A stretch of DNA of 64,000 bases from Acidobacteriota bacterium (lineage in GTDB: Bacteria; Acidobacteriota; CAIWXX01): assembly GCA_040755995.1 (NCBI GenBank), contig JBFMAF010000045.1:20412-84411 (forward strand). Direction: 5' to 3'. Below the pieces are notes generated by a model that was not told the DNA's origin, did no database searches, and worked only from the letters and a program-made list of their open reading frames with translations. The position numbers and the translations under genes were made by a program. Of the stretch, positions 29,570 through 39,873 are shown piece after piece; the stretch's first letter is position 1; every line of letters starts with the position of its first letter.

Positions 29570-30793
29570 TCAGACCTCAGATTCGGGCACCAGTCGCTGC
29601 TCGCCTGTCACCATATCTTTCACCTTAACGACACCGTCGCGCAATTCATCCGGGCCGAGCACGTAGACGGTCGTAGCGGCCATCCGATCGGCCTCCTTGA
29701 ACTGCGACTTCAGCTGCTTGAGCGGATTCCCGACGGCCACAGCGAGCCCTCGATCGCGCAGGCGTTCGGCGAGCGCGGCGGCCCGCCGGAAGCCCTCGGG
29801 CTCCATGTGAGCCACGTAGTATTTCGGGCGTGAACCGGCCGTGACCTCCGGCAATGCCATGATGAGCCGCTCGATCCCCATCGCGAATCCGATTCCTACC
29901 AGGTCCGGGCCGTCCAGGTCCTTCACAAGTCCGTCGTAGCGGCCTCCTCCCACCAGCGCGTTCTGGGCGCCGAGCGAATCGGAGGTCGAGGCGAACTCGA
30001 AGGCCGTGCGGGTGTAGTAGTCGAGACCGCGCACCAGCCGCGGATACACCTGGTGTGGGACGCCGAACTCGTTCAGTTTCGCGACGAACCCCTTGAAGTG
30101 CTCATCGCACCCGGCGCACAGGTGCGCGGTGATAGGCGGCAGTGTTGCCAGGGTGGGCTGGCAGGCTTCCTGCTTGCAGTCGAACACGCGCAAGGCGTTC
30201 CGGTCGCGCCTGCGGCGGCAGTCGTCGCAGAGCTGGTCGAGCACGGGCGCAAGGGATGCCTTCAAGACCTCGACGTATGCGGGGCGGCACTCGTGGCAGC
30301 CGACGGAGTTCACTCGAACCTCGTAAGCGTCGACTCCAAGTCGGGTCATGAAGCGCCCCAACATCAGCACGATCTCCGCGTCTATGTACGGGCCCGCGTC
30401 GCCGAACGCCTCCACACCGATCTGGTGAAACTGGCGATAGCGTCCCTTCTGCGGGCGCTCACGACGGAACATCGGGCCGATGTAGTAAAAGCGCATGGCC
30501 CCGCGCTTCTCATGCAGCTTCGCCTCGATCAGGGCGCGCACGACGCCTGCCGTGTTCTCCGGGCGCATGCTCACCGCCTGATGCGAGTCCTCGAACGTGT
30601 ACATCTCCTTCTCGACGATATCGGTGGCTTCGCCGATCGAACGCGCGAAAAGCTCGGTTGGCTCCAGTACCGGCGTCCGGATCTCCCTATAAAGATAGCT
30701 CTCGAACACCTCGCGCGCGGCGACCTCGACGCGTCTCCACACATCGATCTCGTCGGGCAGAATATCCTTCATGCCCTTCACGGCCTTGATCAT
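29570..30793 (-). CDS. hisS: Histidine--tRNA ligase
   Basis: [41 protein letters not shown]. Confidence 0.97.
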   Translation of the reverse strand: MIKAVKGMKDILPDEIDVWRRVEVAAREVFESYLYREIRTPVLEPTELFARSIGEATDIVEKEMYTFEDSHQAVSMRPENTAGVVRALIEAKLHEKRGAMRFYYIGPMFRRERPQKGRYRQFHQIGVEAFGDAGPYIDAEIVLMLGRFMTRLGVDAYEVRVNSVGCHECRPAYVEVLKASLAPVLDQLCDDCRRRRDRNALRVFDCKQEACQPTLATLPPITAHLCAGCDEHFKGFVAKLNEFGVPHQVYPRLVRGLDYYTRTAFEFASTSDSLGAQNALVGGGRYDGLVKDLDGPDLVGIGFAMGIERLIMALPEVTAGSRPKYYVAHMEPEGFRRAAALAERLRDRGLAVAVGNPLKQLKSQFKEADRMAATTVYVLGPDELRDGVVKVKDMVTGEQRLVPESEV

Positions 30794-31417
30794 CGCATGC
30801 TCTCCATCATGAATCCCAAATCATAACAGGAAACAGTGCGTGCGCAACACTGGCCCGTTCCCGCGTTCCCACCGTTCCGGCACGGCCCGCCTCCACGCAA
30901 CATCCTGAGCGACGGGGGCGATAGTCGCCCGCGGATAGCTCAACCCAGGTTCGGAGCTGTCGGCCAAATCCGATCCGGCAAGAGGCTGCACATGTGTCGG
31001 AATGTGCTCGCGCTCATGGAGCCAGCGTGTGGTTCTACTACGAGTTCCAAACGAAGGGGATTCGAGCCGGGTTCAACCGGCCTCTGGTGGCGCAATCCCT
31101 GTCCATGGCATCGCCTGGGCTGGCAATTCGTGGGGAGAGCAAGCAGTCGCGGCAATCATGCAGCAACAAGTGGGTCTCACTGATCGTGAGCGCGGCGCGC
31201 TCTCGCAACGCGCCGCACTGCAATCATTCAGGCCCATCTACTCACAACGGCGTGCCAGCATTCTCCAAGACAGCGGAGGGTACCATCCAGCATCAGCCCT
31301 ACATCTCGAACCGGTACCCTCCCTGCCCCACCCGAAACTCCCGCGGGATGGTCACGAGGGCAGCCCAGGCGACCTCCAGGAACCACGGCCAGGGTTCTGC
31401 AAACTCCACTTCGTTAT

Positions 31418-32614
31418 CTAGCGCTTGAAATCCGCAGCCTCCTGCTGAGTTATGGTTATGTACAGGAACGGATCATTCGGCGTGTTGTAGGTGCGATAGC
31501 GCCCATAGTCCTCCACCGGCTCTATTTGATCAGCCTCCGTGAAGTCGTTGAAGGTCGTGACGGAGATGTATGCCCCGGCGCTGGGGTTGCCATCCCAAGC
31601 AAGATGTGTATCCGTCCAAGCAGTGCGATAGTGGTCCGCAGAGCGCTCCACTCTGCGGGGATTGTCCGAGAATTCGCTGGGATCGAAGCCCGGCATAACG
31701 GTTGGTATGGCGATTGCGGGGGCGTGACTGATGACCTTGGCGATCCACTCCTTGTAGGCCCAAGTCTCATCATAGCCTCTCGCCCATAGAAACAACCCGT
31801 CAGCCGCGCGCTTCACGATCTTCCGGGCTACATCGACCGAATTGTCTTTGAGGAAGCCTTTGAACTCAGGAGTGCCGTTGGATATGATGAGGGGAGGCGC
31901 TCCACCTCCGTATTTCGTTCTGTTATTCCTGACCTGATTGAACACCCCTGCAAACGTGGCATCCTCGCCCGCGCCTGTGTTCCCAAAGTGCATGAGCACC
32001 GGGCGCCCACCGATCCTCCAATAGCAGGAATCGTATGTAACAGCGGGGTTGTACGCGTATTTCTGCAAGATGTAGTAGAACTGGTCCTCCAGCGTCCCAG
32101 ATGCCACTGAATCCTGGTCTCGCAAGATCGCCACCTTCAATCCTTTTGCCATCGCCTCCTGCATTATCTCAGGCATGAGCTCGTCGGGCAGGCGCTCTGG
32201 AGTCTCGGGAGCGCCGCGGTCCTTCCGCCCCCACCAAGACACCACGACGACATCGATGTTGGCGTCTGCCATCCATTTCATGTGCCACTTGATGCTGGTT
32301 CTCCATTTCACCCGGCCGTCACTGTCGACGGCACGATAGGTAGTAGCCGGTGTGCTGGTGTACGGGCCGAGCAAGGGGTAGTACGGGCTGGCGATGTCCT
32401 CCGGCGGGTAGTGCCGGTGCGGGTCGTTCCCGTTCCACTTAGACCAGCGCCCATCCACGGGCTTTGCCCTGTACCAGGGAAAATAGAATGCCAACACCTT
32501 CTTGTCAGTGGTCTGCCCGGTTGCTTCATTCGGTGGTTCGGCACTGACCGTGACCAGAGGCCACGCAAACACCACCATCGCCACAGTCGCCAAGAGACGG
32601 ATTCGTGAGTTCAT
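31418..32614 (-). CDS. Secreted GH99/GH71-like glycoside hydrolase
   Basis: Signal peptide; AFYFPWY, DIASPYYPLLGPY, IDVVVVSWW, TVMPGFD, SVTTFNDFTEADQIEP; RBS AAGGAG before ATG 32614. Confidence 0.8.
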   Translation of the reverse strand: MNSRIRLLATVAMVVFAWPLVTVSAEPPNEATGQTTDKKVLAFYFPWYRAKPVDGRWSKWNGNDPHRHYPPEDIASPYYPLLGPYTSTPATTYRAVDSDGRVKWRTSIKWHMKWMADANIDVVVVSWWGRKDRGAPETPERLPDELMPEIMQEAMAKGLKVAILRDQDSVASGTLEDQFYYILQKYAYNPAVTYDSCYWRIGGRPVLMHFGNTGAGEDATFAGVFNQVRNNRTKYGGGAPPLIISNGTPEFKGFLKDNSVDVARKIVKRAADGLFLWARGYDETWAYKEWIAKVISHAPAIAIPTVMPGFDPSEFSDNPRRVERSADHYRTAWTDTHLAWDGNPSAGAYISVTTFNDFTEADQIEPVEDYGRYRTYNTPNDPFLYITITQQEAADFKR

Positions 32615-32785
32615 GGTTGCTCCTTTGATGAATTTGAATATGCTGTTCTTGGGCGTGCCACCCTGCGCGGTAGGCCAGAGCGTCTGGTATACACGGGATT
32701 GGGAAGCCGGCGCAGCAGTCCAGTTGCACAGGCTCGAGCTGGATGCAGGCGTTCGGCCGAAAGCGCTTCTTGGAGGGTTGGCCAT

Positions 32786-33129
32786 CTACCGACTGCCTCC
32801 GGGAGCACCGCGGCGTCTGCGACGAGCTAGTGCTACCGGCCTCTTGGCCCCGGACGCTTCTCTGTGAGCTGTGTGCCTGGGGCTCGATTCTGCGCAGGCA
32901 CCCTCGATTCCAAGCGCCCTGCGAAACAACGGAATTGGATCGCAGTCGAGTGTACGGATGAGTTCGACGAATTCGATTACATCCAGTCTGCGTTCGCCAA
33001 GCTCGTACTTGGACACATAGGACTGGGGTCTACCCAAACGTGCAGCCAACTCACGCTGGGAGAGTCGCGCGGATCTCCGCGCTTCGATGAGAAGAGCCCG
33101 GAATGGGAGTACGCGCCCGACTTGATCAT
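32786..33129 (-). pseudogene. XRE-family HTH regulator with an apparent 1-bp frameshift
   Basis: MIKSGAYSH in one frame; [45 protein letters not shown] in the next; inserting one T in CATTCC joins them. Confidence 0.65.
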
Positions 33130-33337
33130 GGCATAGATTCCTCTCCCGAGTCCCCTACCACAACTGGCTGCCTGAACCCAAAATCGGTTCAACCAGGATG
33201 CCGCGAATACGCTCGGGTTGGACGAGAACCGCGCGGGGTTCGGCAGCTAGTAGCACGCTCAGGGTGTCCGTAGCTCGGCTGCATCCTACTTACATTCGTG
33301 GCCATGGATATGCTATGAATGGCGGGGGTCAACAGGC

Positions 33338-35323
33338 TTGAGCAACAAGTCGGATGGTAGGCGGGGCAGAGGACTCTTTCTGTTAGCTGACTGGGTTCTG
33401 ATCGGGTTATCGGCTCTGGTCGCTGCGTGCATCGTGCTGGTGCTGTGGAGGGGCGGTCTCAGATTCGACCTGCACGGTACTCCGGTCGGTTTCGCGACCG
33501 CGACTGGAGCTGTTTTGGTCCTGCTGGGTCTCCTGCTCTCCAGATTGTTGCTCCACGCACTGCCGCCGGGAAGACGCAGGCTTCTCCCACCCGATTCGTC
33601 ACTCCTCTTCCTCCTGTCTCTCGGGATCTACCTCTCGAACGGCTCTACCCTGGGAACAGGCGACACGCTACCCGCGCGCTTTCTGCCCATGAGCATTCTG
33701 CGGGACGGAGATTTCTATTTGGACGAGGCGGTGCCGCTGTTCAAGGCGGGTCCACTCCACGCACTGCGCTTCGTCGAGGCCACCGGCAAGGACAAGCCTG
33801 TCCTGGGCGGACCCGCGCTGGCGGGGCGTCCGGGAGTCCACTATGTCTCCGACTATCCTGTTGGCGCACCGGTGCTCGCTGTCCCCGTCTACCTTGTCTC
33901 TGGCTTGGGCAACGTGACTCTCGAAAGTCCGCTGTTGGAGGAATTGGAGAAACTGGCCGGCTCGCTCATGATTGCGCTGTCGGTCCTAGTCCTGCACCTG
34001 TGCCTGAAGCGGGTCACCAGCCCAACTTGGGCTGCCCTCGTCTCAGTGGCGTACGCTTTCGGGACCAGCAGCCTCAGCGTGAGCTCTCAGGCGCTCTGGC
34101 AACACGGCCCAGCTCAGTTGTGCATCACGGCGAGTCTCTATTGTCTGGTTCGCGGTCGCTCGGAACTGCGCTGGATGGCGTTGGCCGGGGCTCCCCTTGC
34201 GATGGCTGTTGTGTGCCGGCCGACGAATGCCCTGCTGTTCCTTCCGGTCGTTGTGTATCTACTCCTGAGCTACCGGCGCTGCTTCCTTCCCTTTGTGGCC
34301 TGGTGCCTCCCTCCAGTGCTGTTCCAGCTCTGGTACAACTACACCTACTTTCACTACCCGTTGCGCACTCAGTACTCTGGGAGCTCGGTTGATCTATGGA
34401 GCGGCGAAATCATACCCGCCCTCGCGGGCCTGCTATTGAGTCCGGGCCGCGGCCTTCTGGTTTACTCCCCCATATTCATCCTCTCGTTGTGCGGGACCGT
34501 TGCCGCGGCTCGCAGACCCCCTGACTTCATGGTGCTCGCGTTGGGCTCTGGTGCTCTGCTGGTGATAGCGCTTCACAGCGCTTGGAAGGTGTGGTGGGGC
34601 GGCCTGTGCTACGGGCCGCGCTTGCTCGCTGACATCACACCAATCCTGGCCTTCTGCATGTACCCCGTGGGAGCCGTCTTGGAGCGTCGCACAAAGGTGC
34701 TGCTACCCATTGTCGTGTCACTGCTCGCATGGTCGGTCTGCGCGCATTCGATCGGGGCGTTCTGGGACGACGGGCGATGGACTGGGTACTCGATTCCGGG
34801 TGGCCTCTGGTCGTGGTCCGACAACCCGCTGGTCAACCCTCCGCGAGAGATCCTCAACCGCTTCCTCATTCGATACCGGCACCTCCCAACGAGTGCGGGG
34901 TCCGCAGAGTACCTCCGGGCGCACTATGAAATCGAGAGCGCCGCACTTCGCGGCGTCGTTGGAAAGGTTCCCGAGCTCACACTGCGGGCGAGTAACACGG
35001 GGCCCGTCGTGTGGCTCGCCTGGCCCAAGGCAGCGAAGGGAACCGTCTCGTTCGAGTGGGAGATGTTGGCGGATGGAAAGCGGATCGGGGGACAAGGTGG
35101 GAGGATTCCGCTTCGACATGACGTCTTCCCTGGGGAGTCGTATGAGCTGACGGCCCCGATCGTTCTGGAGCACCCCGGCATCTACACCCTCCGCGTCGGG
35201 CTCAGGTGCGAGGGAGAGTTCTCGCTTGAGGCACTCGGGATCGCCCCCGCCGAGATCCCCGTGACGATCGACGAGCCGCGCAAGCCGAGCAGGCGGAACC
35301 GGCAGAGCAAGCGCGAGGAGTGA
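33338..35323 (+). CDS. Polytopic membrane protein, GT-C (PMT/ArnT-like) glycosyltransferase-like
   Basis: Many TM segments; SDYPVG, QALWQHGP, CRPTN, LLSPGRGLLVYSP, WWGGLCYGPRLL; C-terminal beta-rich domain. Confidence 0.65.
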   Translation: MSNKSDGRRGRGLFLLADWVLIGLSALVAACIVLVLWRGGLRFDLHGTPVGFATATGAVLVLLGLLLSRLLLHALPPGRRRLLPPDSSLLFLLSLGIYLSNGSTLGTGDTLPARFLPMSILRDGDFYLDEAVPLFKAGPLHALRFVEATGKDKPVLGGPALAGRPGVHYVSDYPVGAPVLAVPVYLVSGLGNVTLESPLLEELEKLAGSLMIALSVLVLHLCLKRVTSPTWAALVSVAYAFGTSSLSVSSQALWQHGPAQLCITASLYCLVRGRSELRWMALAGAPLAMAVVCRPTNALLFLPVVVYLLLSYRRCFLPFVAWCLPPVLFQLWYNYTYFHYPLRTQYSGSSVDLWSGEIIPALAGLLLSPGRGLLVYSPIFILSLCGTVAAARRPPDFMVLALGSGALLVIALHSAWKVWWGGLCYGPRLLADITPILAFCMYPVGAVLERRTKVLLPIVVSLLAWSVCAHSIGAFWDDGRWTGYSIPGGLWSWSDNPLVNPPREILNRFLIRYRHLPTSAGSAEYLRAHYEIESAALRGVVGKVPELTLRASNTGPVVWLAWPKAAKGTVSFEWEMLADGKRIGGQGGRIPLRHDVFPGESYELTAPIVLEHPGIYTLRVGLRCEGEFSLEALGIAPAEIPVTIDEPRKPSRRNRQSKREE

Positions 35324-35411
35324 ACGCCCCTCTCCTCCGCCCGTCTCGCCACCGCCGCAGCCGCGCGGCCGTGGGCCAGCGTGGGCCAGCCCGCGCAAAT
35401 GCCCGTCGCCC

Positions 35412-35897
35412 TTACGCTCGCTGGCGCTTCCAGGCCTCGTAGACCTTGTACATCTGCTGGATGTGGCCCGGCACGTGGCGCTCGTAGGTGTCGAGCCACT
35501 GCTCGAGCGTCATCGTGCCGCGCTCCGAGTGCTCCATCGTCAGGCTCCACGCCGAATCGGGTAGCGTCTTCAGGAGCTCGTATGTGGACTTGCGGAGGAG
35601 GCGGAAAAGCTCGAGCGCGTCCTTTACGCTGCGGGTAGGATAGTTCACAGTGCGCGCCCAGAGGTCCTGATCATAGGCCATGACGGTCTTGCCGGGTTCC
35701 GCAAGGGCCGTACGGCATCGGATGTATCCGTGGACCTCGCTGTCCGCCAGATGAAAGACGATCTCCTTGATGCTCCAGCTATCAGGCGCCGGCTTGTACG
35801 ACCACATGTCTGCCTGGAAGCGAGTGAGAATGGCTTCCAGTGCCTCGGGCGCGCTGCCGTATGCCTCGATCTTCAGGCTGAGTTCGTCCTTGTTCAT
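35412..35897 (-). CDS. DinB/YfiT-like family protein
   Basis: WSIKEIVFHLADSE, YDQDLWA, HSERG, HVPGHIQQ. Confidence 0.88.
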   Translation of the reverse strand: MNKDELSLKIEAYGSAPEALEAILTRFQADMWSYKPAPDSWSIKEIVFHLADSEVHGYIRCRTALAEPGKTVMAYDQDLWARTVNYPTRSVKDALELFRLLRKSTYELLKTLPDSAWSLTMEHSERGTMTLEQWLDTYERHVPGHIQQMYKVYEAWKRQRA

Positions 35898-35980
35898 TAG
35901 CTCACCTCCAGATCAGCCCCCTGCCACGACTCTCTTCTTGCTCGCAACGATTTCTGCGCCTAAGGCCACTCGGCGCGACA

Positions 35981-37972
35981 TCACTCGACTCGGAACGTGT
36001 CCTCTTTCTGGATCGTATACTTCTGCTGATCACCCAGCCGGCACTTGACCTTCCACGTGAGCGTCACGGGCACAGCGTAGTCAGGGCTGCCGAGAATACC
36101 GATGACGTATTCGTACCGGCCGGGCTGCTCCTCGTTGATCATATAGTATGCCTCGTAGCCTCCCCACCCGTGGTCCGATGGGAAGAAAATCTTCAAGCGA
36201 GGGATCAGGAAGTACCCTGGGCTGGCGTTGTCCACCTTGATCGTGGCGGTCATGGCCACCCAGGTGCCCGGCTTGAAGCTCTCGGCCTTCCCGCCCACCT
36301 CGAATGTGTCAAAGTCGAAATGCCGCGTCTGCAGCGTCTCAATTGTGGCCACAGCGGACTTGTTGCCGGGATCCTCACCCGACAGCCCTCGGTCCTCGAT
36401 GATCCCGTTCAGCGCGCCGAGGTCGGCATCATGGTAGAGGGCCTTCTCTGCCTCGAGCAGCCCGTCCCTGAAATCGAAGAAGTCGGCGCGCGGGCCGAGG
36501 CGCGTGAGCGCATCGAAGAGCAGCGATACGGCCTTGTCAGGGCCCAGCGCCCGTCGCATCTCCCAGTACAGCCCGCCGAAGATCAGCCCCGTGTAGTGCG
36601 ACTCAGCTTGACCATACTCCGGATCCTGGACGTCGTCCGGATATCGGTTGCGGTTGTCGATGTTGCGTCCGACGAACTTCCCCGACCCGCGATAGCTCAG
36701 CGCCCACTCGCCCATCTTGCTGTTGCCGCTCATCTGGCCCGCCACCGAGTCGCTGAACCCCTCATGGATCGCTCCCGAGTACACGTGCTCGTAGTGCATG
36801 ATCAGGCCCCTCTCGATCCTGTCGAGCACCGCATGGCCGTACTCGTGCCAGATGACGTCGGCGTCCATTCCGAAGTTGTGGAACTCCTCGCCGGAGCCGA
36901 ACACCAGGACGCCAGTGGACGAGTAGCGGTAGTCACGGGTGTAAAAGGCGTTGTCGTATCCCTTCGAGAGATCTTCCGGATCCTGCACGTTGACCACCAC
37001 CGGAATTGTGCCGTTCACCGCGTTAGTGAGCTCGTTTGCGACCAGGTAATCGTGGAGCTGCGTGACGTGGTAGTACCCCATGACCTCCGCAAAGCGTTTG
37101 TCCGCCGGTTCGTAAACGTAGCGGTCGCTGTCGCTCGCCGCGGTAGTGAACCGTGCCATCTGAAACCCGTTCAGGAACGTCGTGTTTCCGTTCGCGTTGT
37201 ATGTCTGGACCCAGCTTCCCTTGAGGGTGGAGCTGTTGCCAAGGTGAAGGAGATCGACCTGGACCGGGCTCTTGGTCGTCTTCGGGTTCTCGGCGTATAC
37301 CTGACCTCTGCCCGTGACCTCGTCCAGTGCGAGCCTTTTCACGAAATACGTCGTTCCAGGTTCCTCCGCCGAGACCAAGAACAGCCACGTCCCATGCCGC
37401 GTCAGCGCTTCGGTCTGCCAGCACAGGCGCAAGCGGTCGTCGACCTGGTGATAGACCAGCTTCGATGCAGCAGGGTATTCACCACCCCCATACATGGCAT
37501 CCAGGAACCTGAGCGCCGACTGTTCGGATTGTGCCGCGCTGACCACAGGGTCTTTGACGCGGGGCAGTCCGGGTACTCTGTAGGCCTCCACCGCATCTAT
37601 GCTGCCATCCGCCAGCACGTGAACCGAGACCTGCGCATCCAACAGGGGTATGCCTCCGTACCTGAGCTCAAACGGAACCCGGATGCCGGATGGCCCCCTG
37701 ACGCCCGGAAGGCGGACGACTTCGAACCCAGGGCTGCCGATGAGCACCGGTGCAGCCCAGCTCATGTAGCGCTCGGCAATGCCCACCGCCGCACCGGCGC
37801 AGGTGGGAGAAATCGGACCTGAGAGGCGCAGCCTCTTCCCTTCTGCACCGACTACCACCTTGACTCCATCCAGACCTTTCATCAAGTGTTCGATAGTGGC
37901 CGATGGCGAGCCGATTCCCAGGATCAAGGGTGAAATCACAACCAGAATCAATAGAATTCTTCTCACGCTCAT
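35981..37972 (-). CDS. Secreted gluzincin metallopeptidase (M4/M36-like) with propeptide
   Basis: Signal peptide, propeptide, YDNAFY, DADVIWHEYGH (HExxH), GAIHEGFSD, ESHYTG; start approximate. Confidence 0.88.
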   Translation of the reverse strand: MSVRRILLILVVISPLILGIGSPSATIEHLMKGLDGVKVVVGAEGKRLRLSGPISPTCAGAAVGIAERYMSWAAPVLIGSPGFEVVRLPGVRGPSGIRVPFELRYGGIPLLDAQVSVHVLADGSIDAVEAYRVPGLPRVKDPVVSAAQSEQSALRFLDAMYGGGEYPAASKLVYHQVDDRLRLCWQTEALTRHGTWLFLVSAEEPGTTYFVKRLALDEVTGRGQVYAENPKTTKSPVQVDLLHLGNSSTLKGSWVQTYNANGNTTFLNGFQMARFTTAASDSDRYVYEPADKRFAEVMGYYHVTQLHDYLVANELTNAVNGTIPVVVNVQDPEDLSKGYDNAFYTRDYRYSSTGVLVFGSGEEFHNFGMDADVIWHEYGHAVLDRIERGLIMHYEHVYSGAIHEGFSDSVAGQMSGNSKMGEWALSYRGSGKFVGRNIDNRNRYPDDVQDPEYGQAESHYTGLIFGGLYWEMRRALGPDKAVSLLFDALTRLGPRADFFDFRDGLLEAEKALYHDADLGALNGIIEDRGLSGEDPGNKSAVATIETLQTRHFDFDTFEVGGKAESFKPGTWVAMTATIKVDNASPGYFLIPRLKIFFPSDHGWGGYEAYYMINEEQPGRYEYVIGILGSPDYAVPVTLTWKVKCRLGDQQKYTIQKEDTFRVE

Positions 37973-38145
37973 CTCCCGCAGTAGGTTCATGATAATGCAC
38001 GCCTTCCCCAAAATCCAGCTGCCTACCTCTTCCCAATCCGGCGCCAATGCATTCGTGGTAACGATCACCGACCCACCGGATGACCGCGGTCACTTCAAAT
38101 CTCAGGCCTCTTGGTAGATAATATAGGGGTGGAGAAATCTTCCTG

Positions 38146-39867
38146 TTGAGCGAGTACATCGTCGCCTGTTGGAGCTGCACGGGCGAGTACGACGCCGTCA
38201 GCGCCGTCTGGTGCAATTGCGATTCCCGCAATCCGACCAAGCTCTGCCCCTACTGCCTCCGCTGTTTCTGCAGCGCCTCGCCGGAATTCGCTGACAATTT
38301 CTGGAAAAATGCCCCGAATGAGCTGCTCGAGGAGAAGTACTCCCTGAACAGCACAAAAGCACAGCTCGGTCACATACTGGTTGCGGGTGGATTGATCACG
38401 GTCGCGCAGCTCGTCCGAGCCGCCGCGCTATCGAAGGCGACCGGGAAGAAGCTTGGTGAGGCCTTGGTTTCATTGGGGCTTGTGACCGCCGAGCAACTCG
38501 AGCAGGCCCTCGCGATGCAGAAGCCGGCGGGCGGCTCGGCCGCGGTGAAGGCGCAGGCCGCGCGCGCGTCGGCGGGCAGCTCCGCTGCCGTGGCAGGGCC
38601 CACCGGCCTGCCCGGCGGTCGCGTGGAGGCAGGCGAGTCTGTCCAGTCTCCGTCGCCGCTTTCCTCCTCGTCTCCCGATCTGGTCAAGGACACGCTCAAC
38701 AACCTGATGCTCGCAGCCCTCAAGCGCCATGCCTCAGCCCTGTACATCGAGCCGTCGGAGGAGGAAGTGGTGGTCCGAGTGCGGATCGACGGGGTCTTGT
38801 TCAAGCTCAAGACGCTGCCGGCCGCGTGGCAGCCGCAGATCATGGAGAGGGTGAAGCAATGGGCCAGGCTGCAGGCCTCCGAGACGCGGATGCCCCAGAC
38901 CGGGCGGATGAGCCTTCGCGTGGGCGAGCGCACGTTTGACATGATTGTGCAGACGCTGCCGTCGGCGCAGGGGGAAGGGGCGGGTCTGCGCATCATCAAT
39001 CGTGAGTTGCTCAAGCAGAATCTGTCCGCGCTAGGGTTTGAAGAGCGAGACTACACCAATTTCATCCGTGTCGTAGACGGTACTCACGGGCTCGTCGTCC
39101 TGAACGGGCCGCTGTTCAACGCTGTGACTGAGACCGCCTACTCCGTGCTGAATCACCTCGTGTTGAAGAACAGGAAGGTGGTTTCGCTCGAATCGCCTAT
39201 CACATCGGCGTTGACCGGGGTCAACCAACTGGAGATCCAGGAGAGCCGCGGATTCGATTTCGCGCAAGCTCTGAAAACCATTTTGAATTTGAGCCCTGAT
39301 GTGATATTTCTTGGCGACATACCCGATGGCGAGACACTCAAGTTGGCGTCGCGGATGGCTTCGGCGATTCAGGTGTTCGCCGCTCTGGATTGTTCGAATG
39401 CATTCCAGGTGTTCGAACGGCTGAAGATGCTTTCCGGGAACGCGGCTCATCCGCTTGCGGCTTTGCAGCTCGTTGTCAGCCAGCGCGTTATCCGCCGCAA
39501 TTGCCCCCACTGCATCGAAAGAAAGGCCAACACGCCTTCGCTTGCCTCGGAGATGGGGCTGTCTGGAGACGAGATCCACCTCGTCCCCGAGGTGGCGCGC
39601 GGAAAGGGATGCTCCAACTGTAACGACCTCGGATACTCGGGGCGGAAGATACTGTTCGAGACGCTCGTGGTGGACGACGAGGTCCGCAATGTACTCACCT
39701 CCGGCGGTGGCCAGGAGGACTTCGAGCACGCGGCGGCTGCCCAGGACTTCCGGTCGCTCAGGATGCTCCACCTTCGCGAGGTGGCGAAGTTGGCGACGAG
39801 CCCGGAGGAGTTCATCCGATGCGCGTATCCTCGCCCGTTGCTGAGGCGAATCTATAGGGTAAAATAG
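38146..39867 (+). CDS. PilB/GspE-like pseudo-ATPase A with N-terminal 8-Cys domain and MshEN-like repeats
   Basis: ASALYIEP...VRVRIDGVL, QRVIRRNCPHC...GCSNC..GYSGR; Walker A replaced by GPLFNAVT; TTG start with RBS GGTGGAG. Confidence 0.85.
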   Translation: MSEYIVACWSCTGEYDAVSAVWCNCDSRNPTKLCPYCLRCFCSASPEFADNFWKNAPNELLEEKYSLNSTKAQLGHILVAGGLITVAQLVRAAALSKATGKKLGEALVSLGLVTAEQLEQALAMQKPAGGSAAVKAQAARASAGSSAAVAGPTGLPGGRVEAGESVQSPSPLSSSSPDLVKDTLNNLMLAALKRHASALYIEPSEEEVVVRVRIDGVLFKLKTLPAAWQPQIMERVKQWARLQASETRMPQTGRMSLRVGERTFDMIVQTLPSAQGEGAGLRIINRELLKQNLSALGFEERDYTNFIRVVDGTHGLVVLNGPLFNAVTETAYSVLNHLVLKNRKVVSLESPITSALTGVNQLEIQESRGFDFAQALKTILNLSPDVIFLGDIPDGETLKLASRMASAIQVFAALDCSNAFQVFERLKMLSGNAAHPLAALQLVVSQRVIRRNCPHCIERKANTPSLASEMGLSGDEIHLVPEVARGKGCSNCNDLGYSGRKILFETLVVDDEVRNVLTSGGGQEDFEHAAAAQDFRSLRMLHLREVAKLATSPEEFIRCAYPRPLLRRIYRVK

Positions 39868-39873
39868 AGGAGC

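Noticed and set aside
30800..31417. Short overlapping ORFs upstream of hisS
   Set aside because: No RBS or motif support; possibly decayed sequence, not callable
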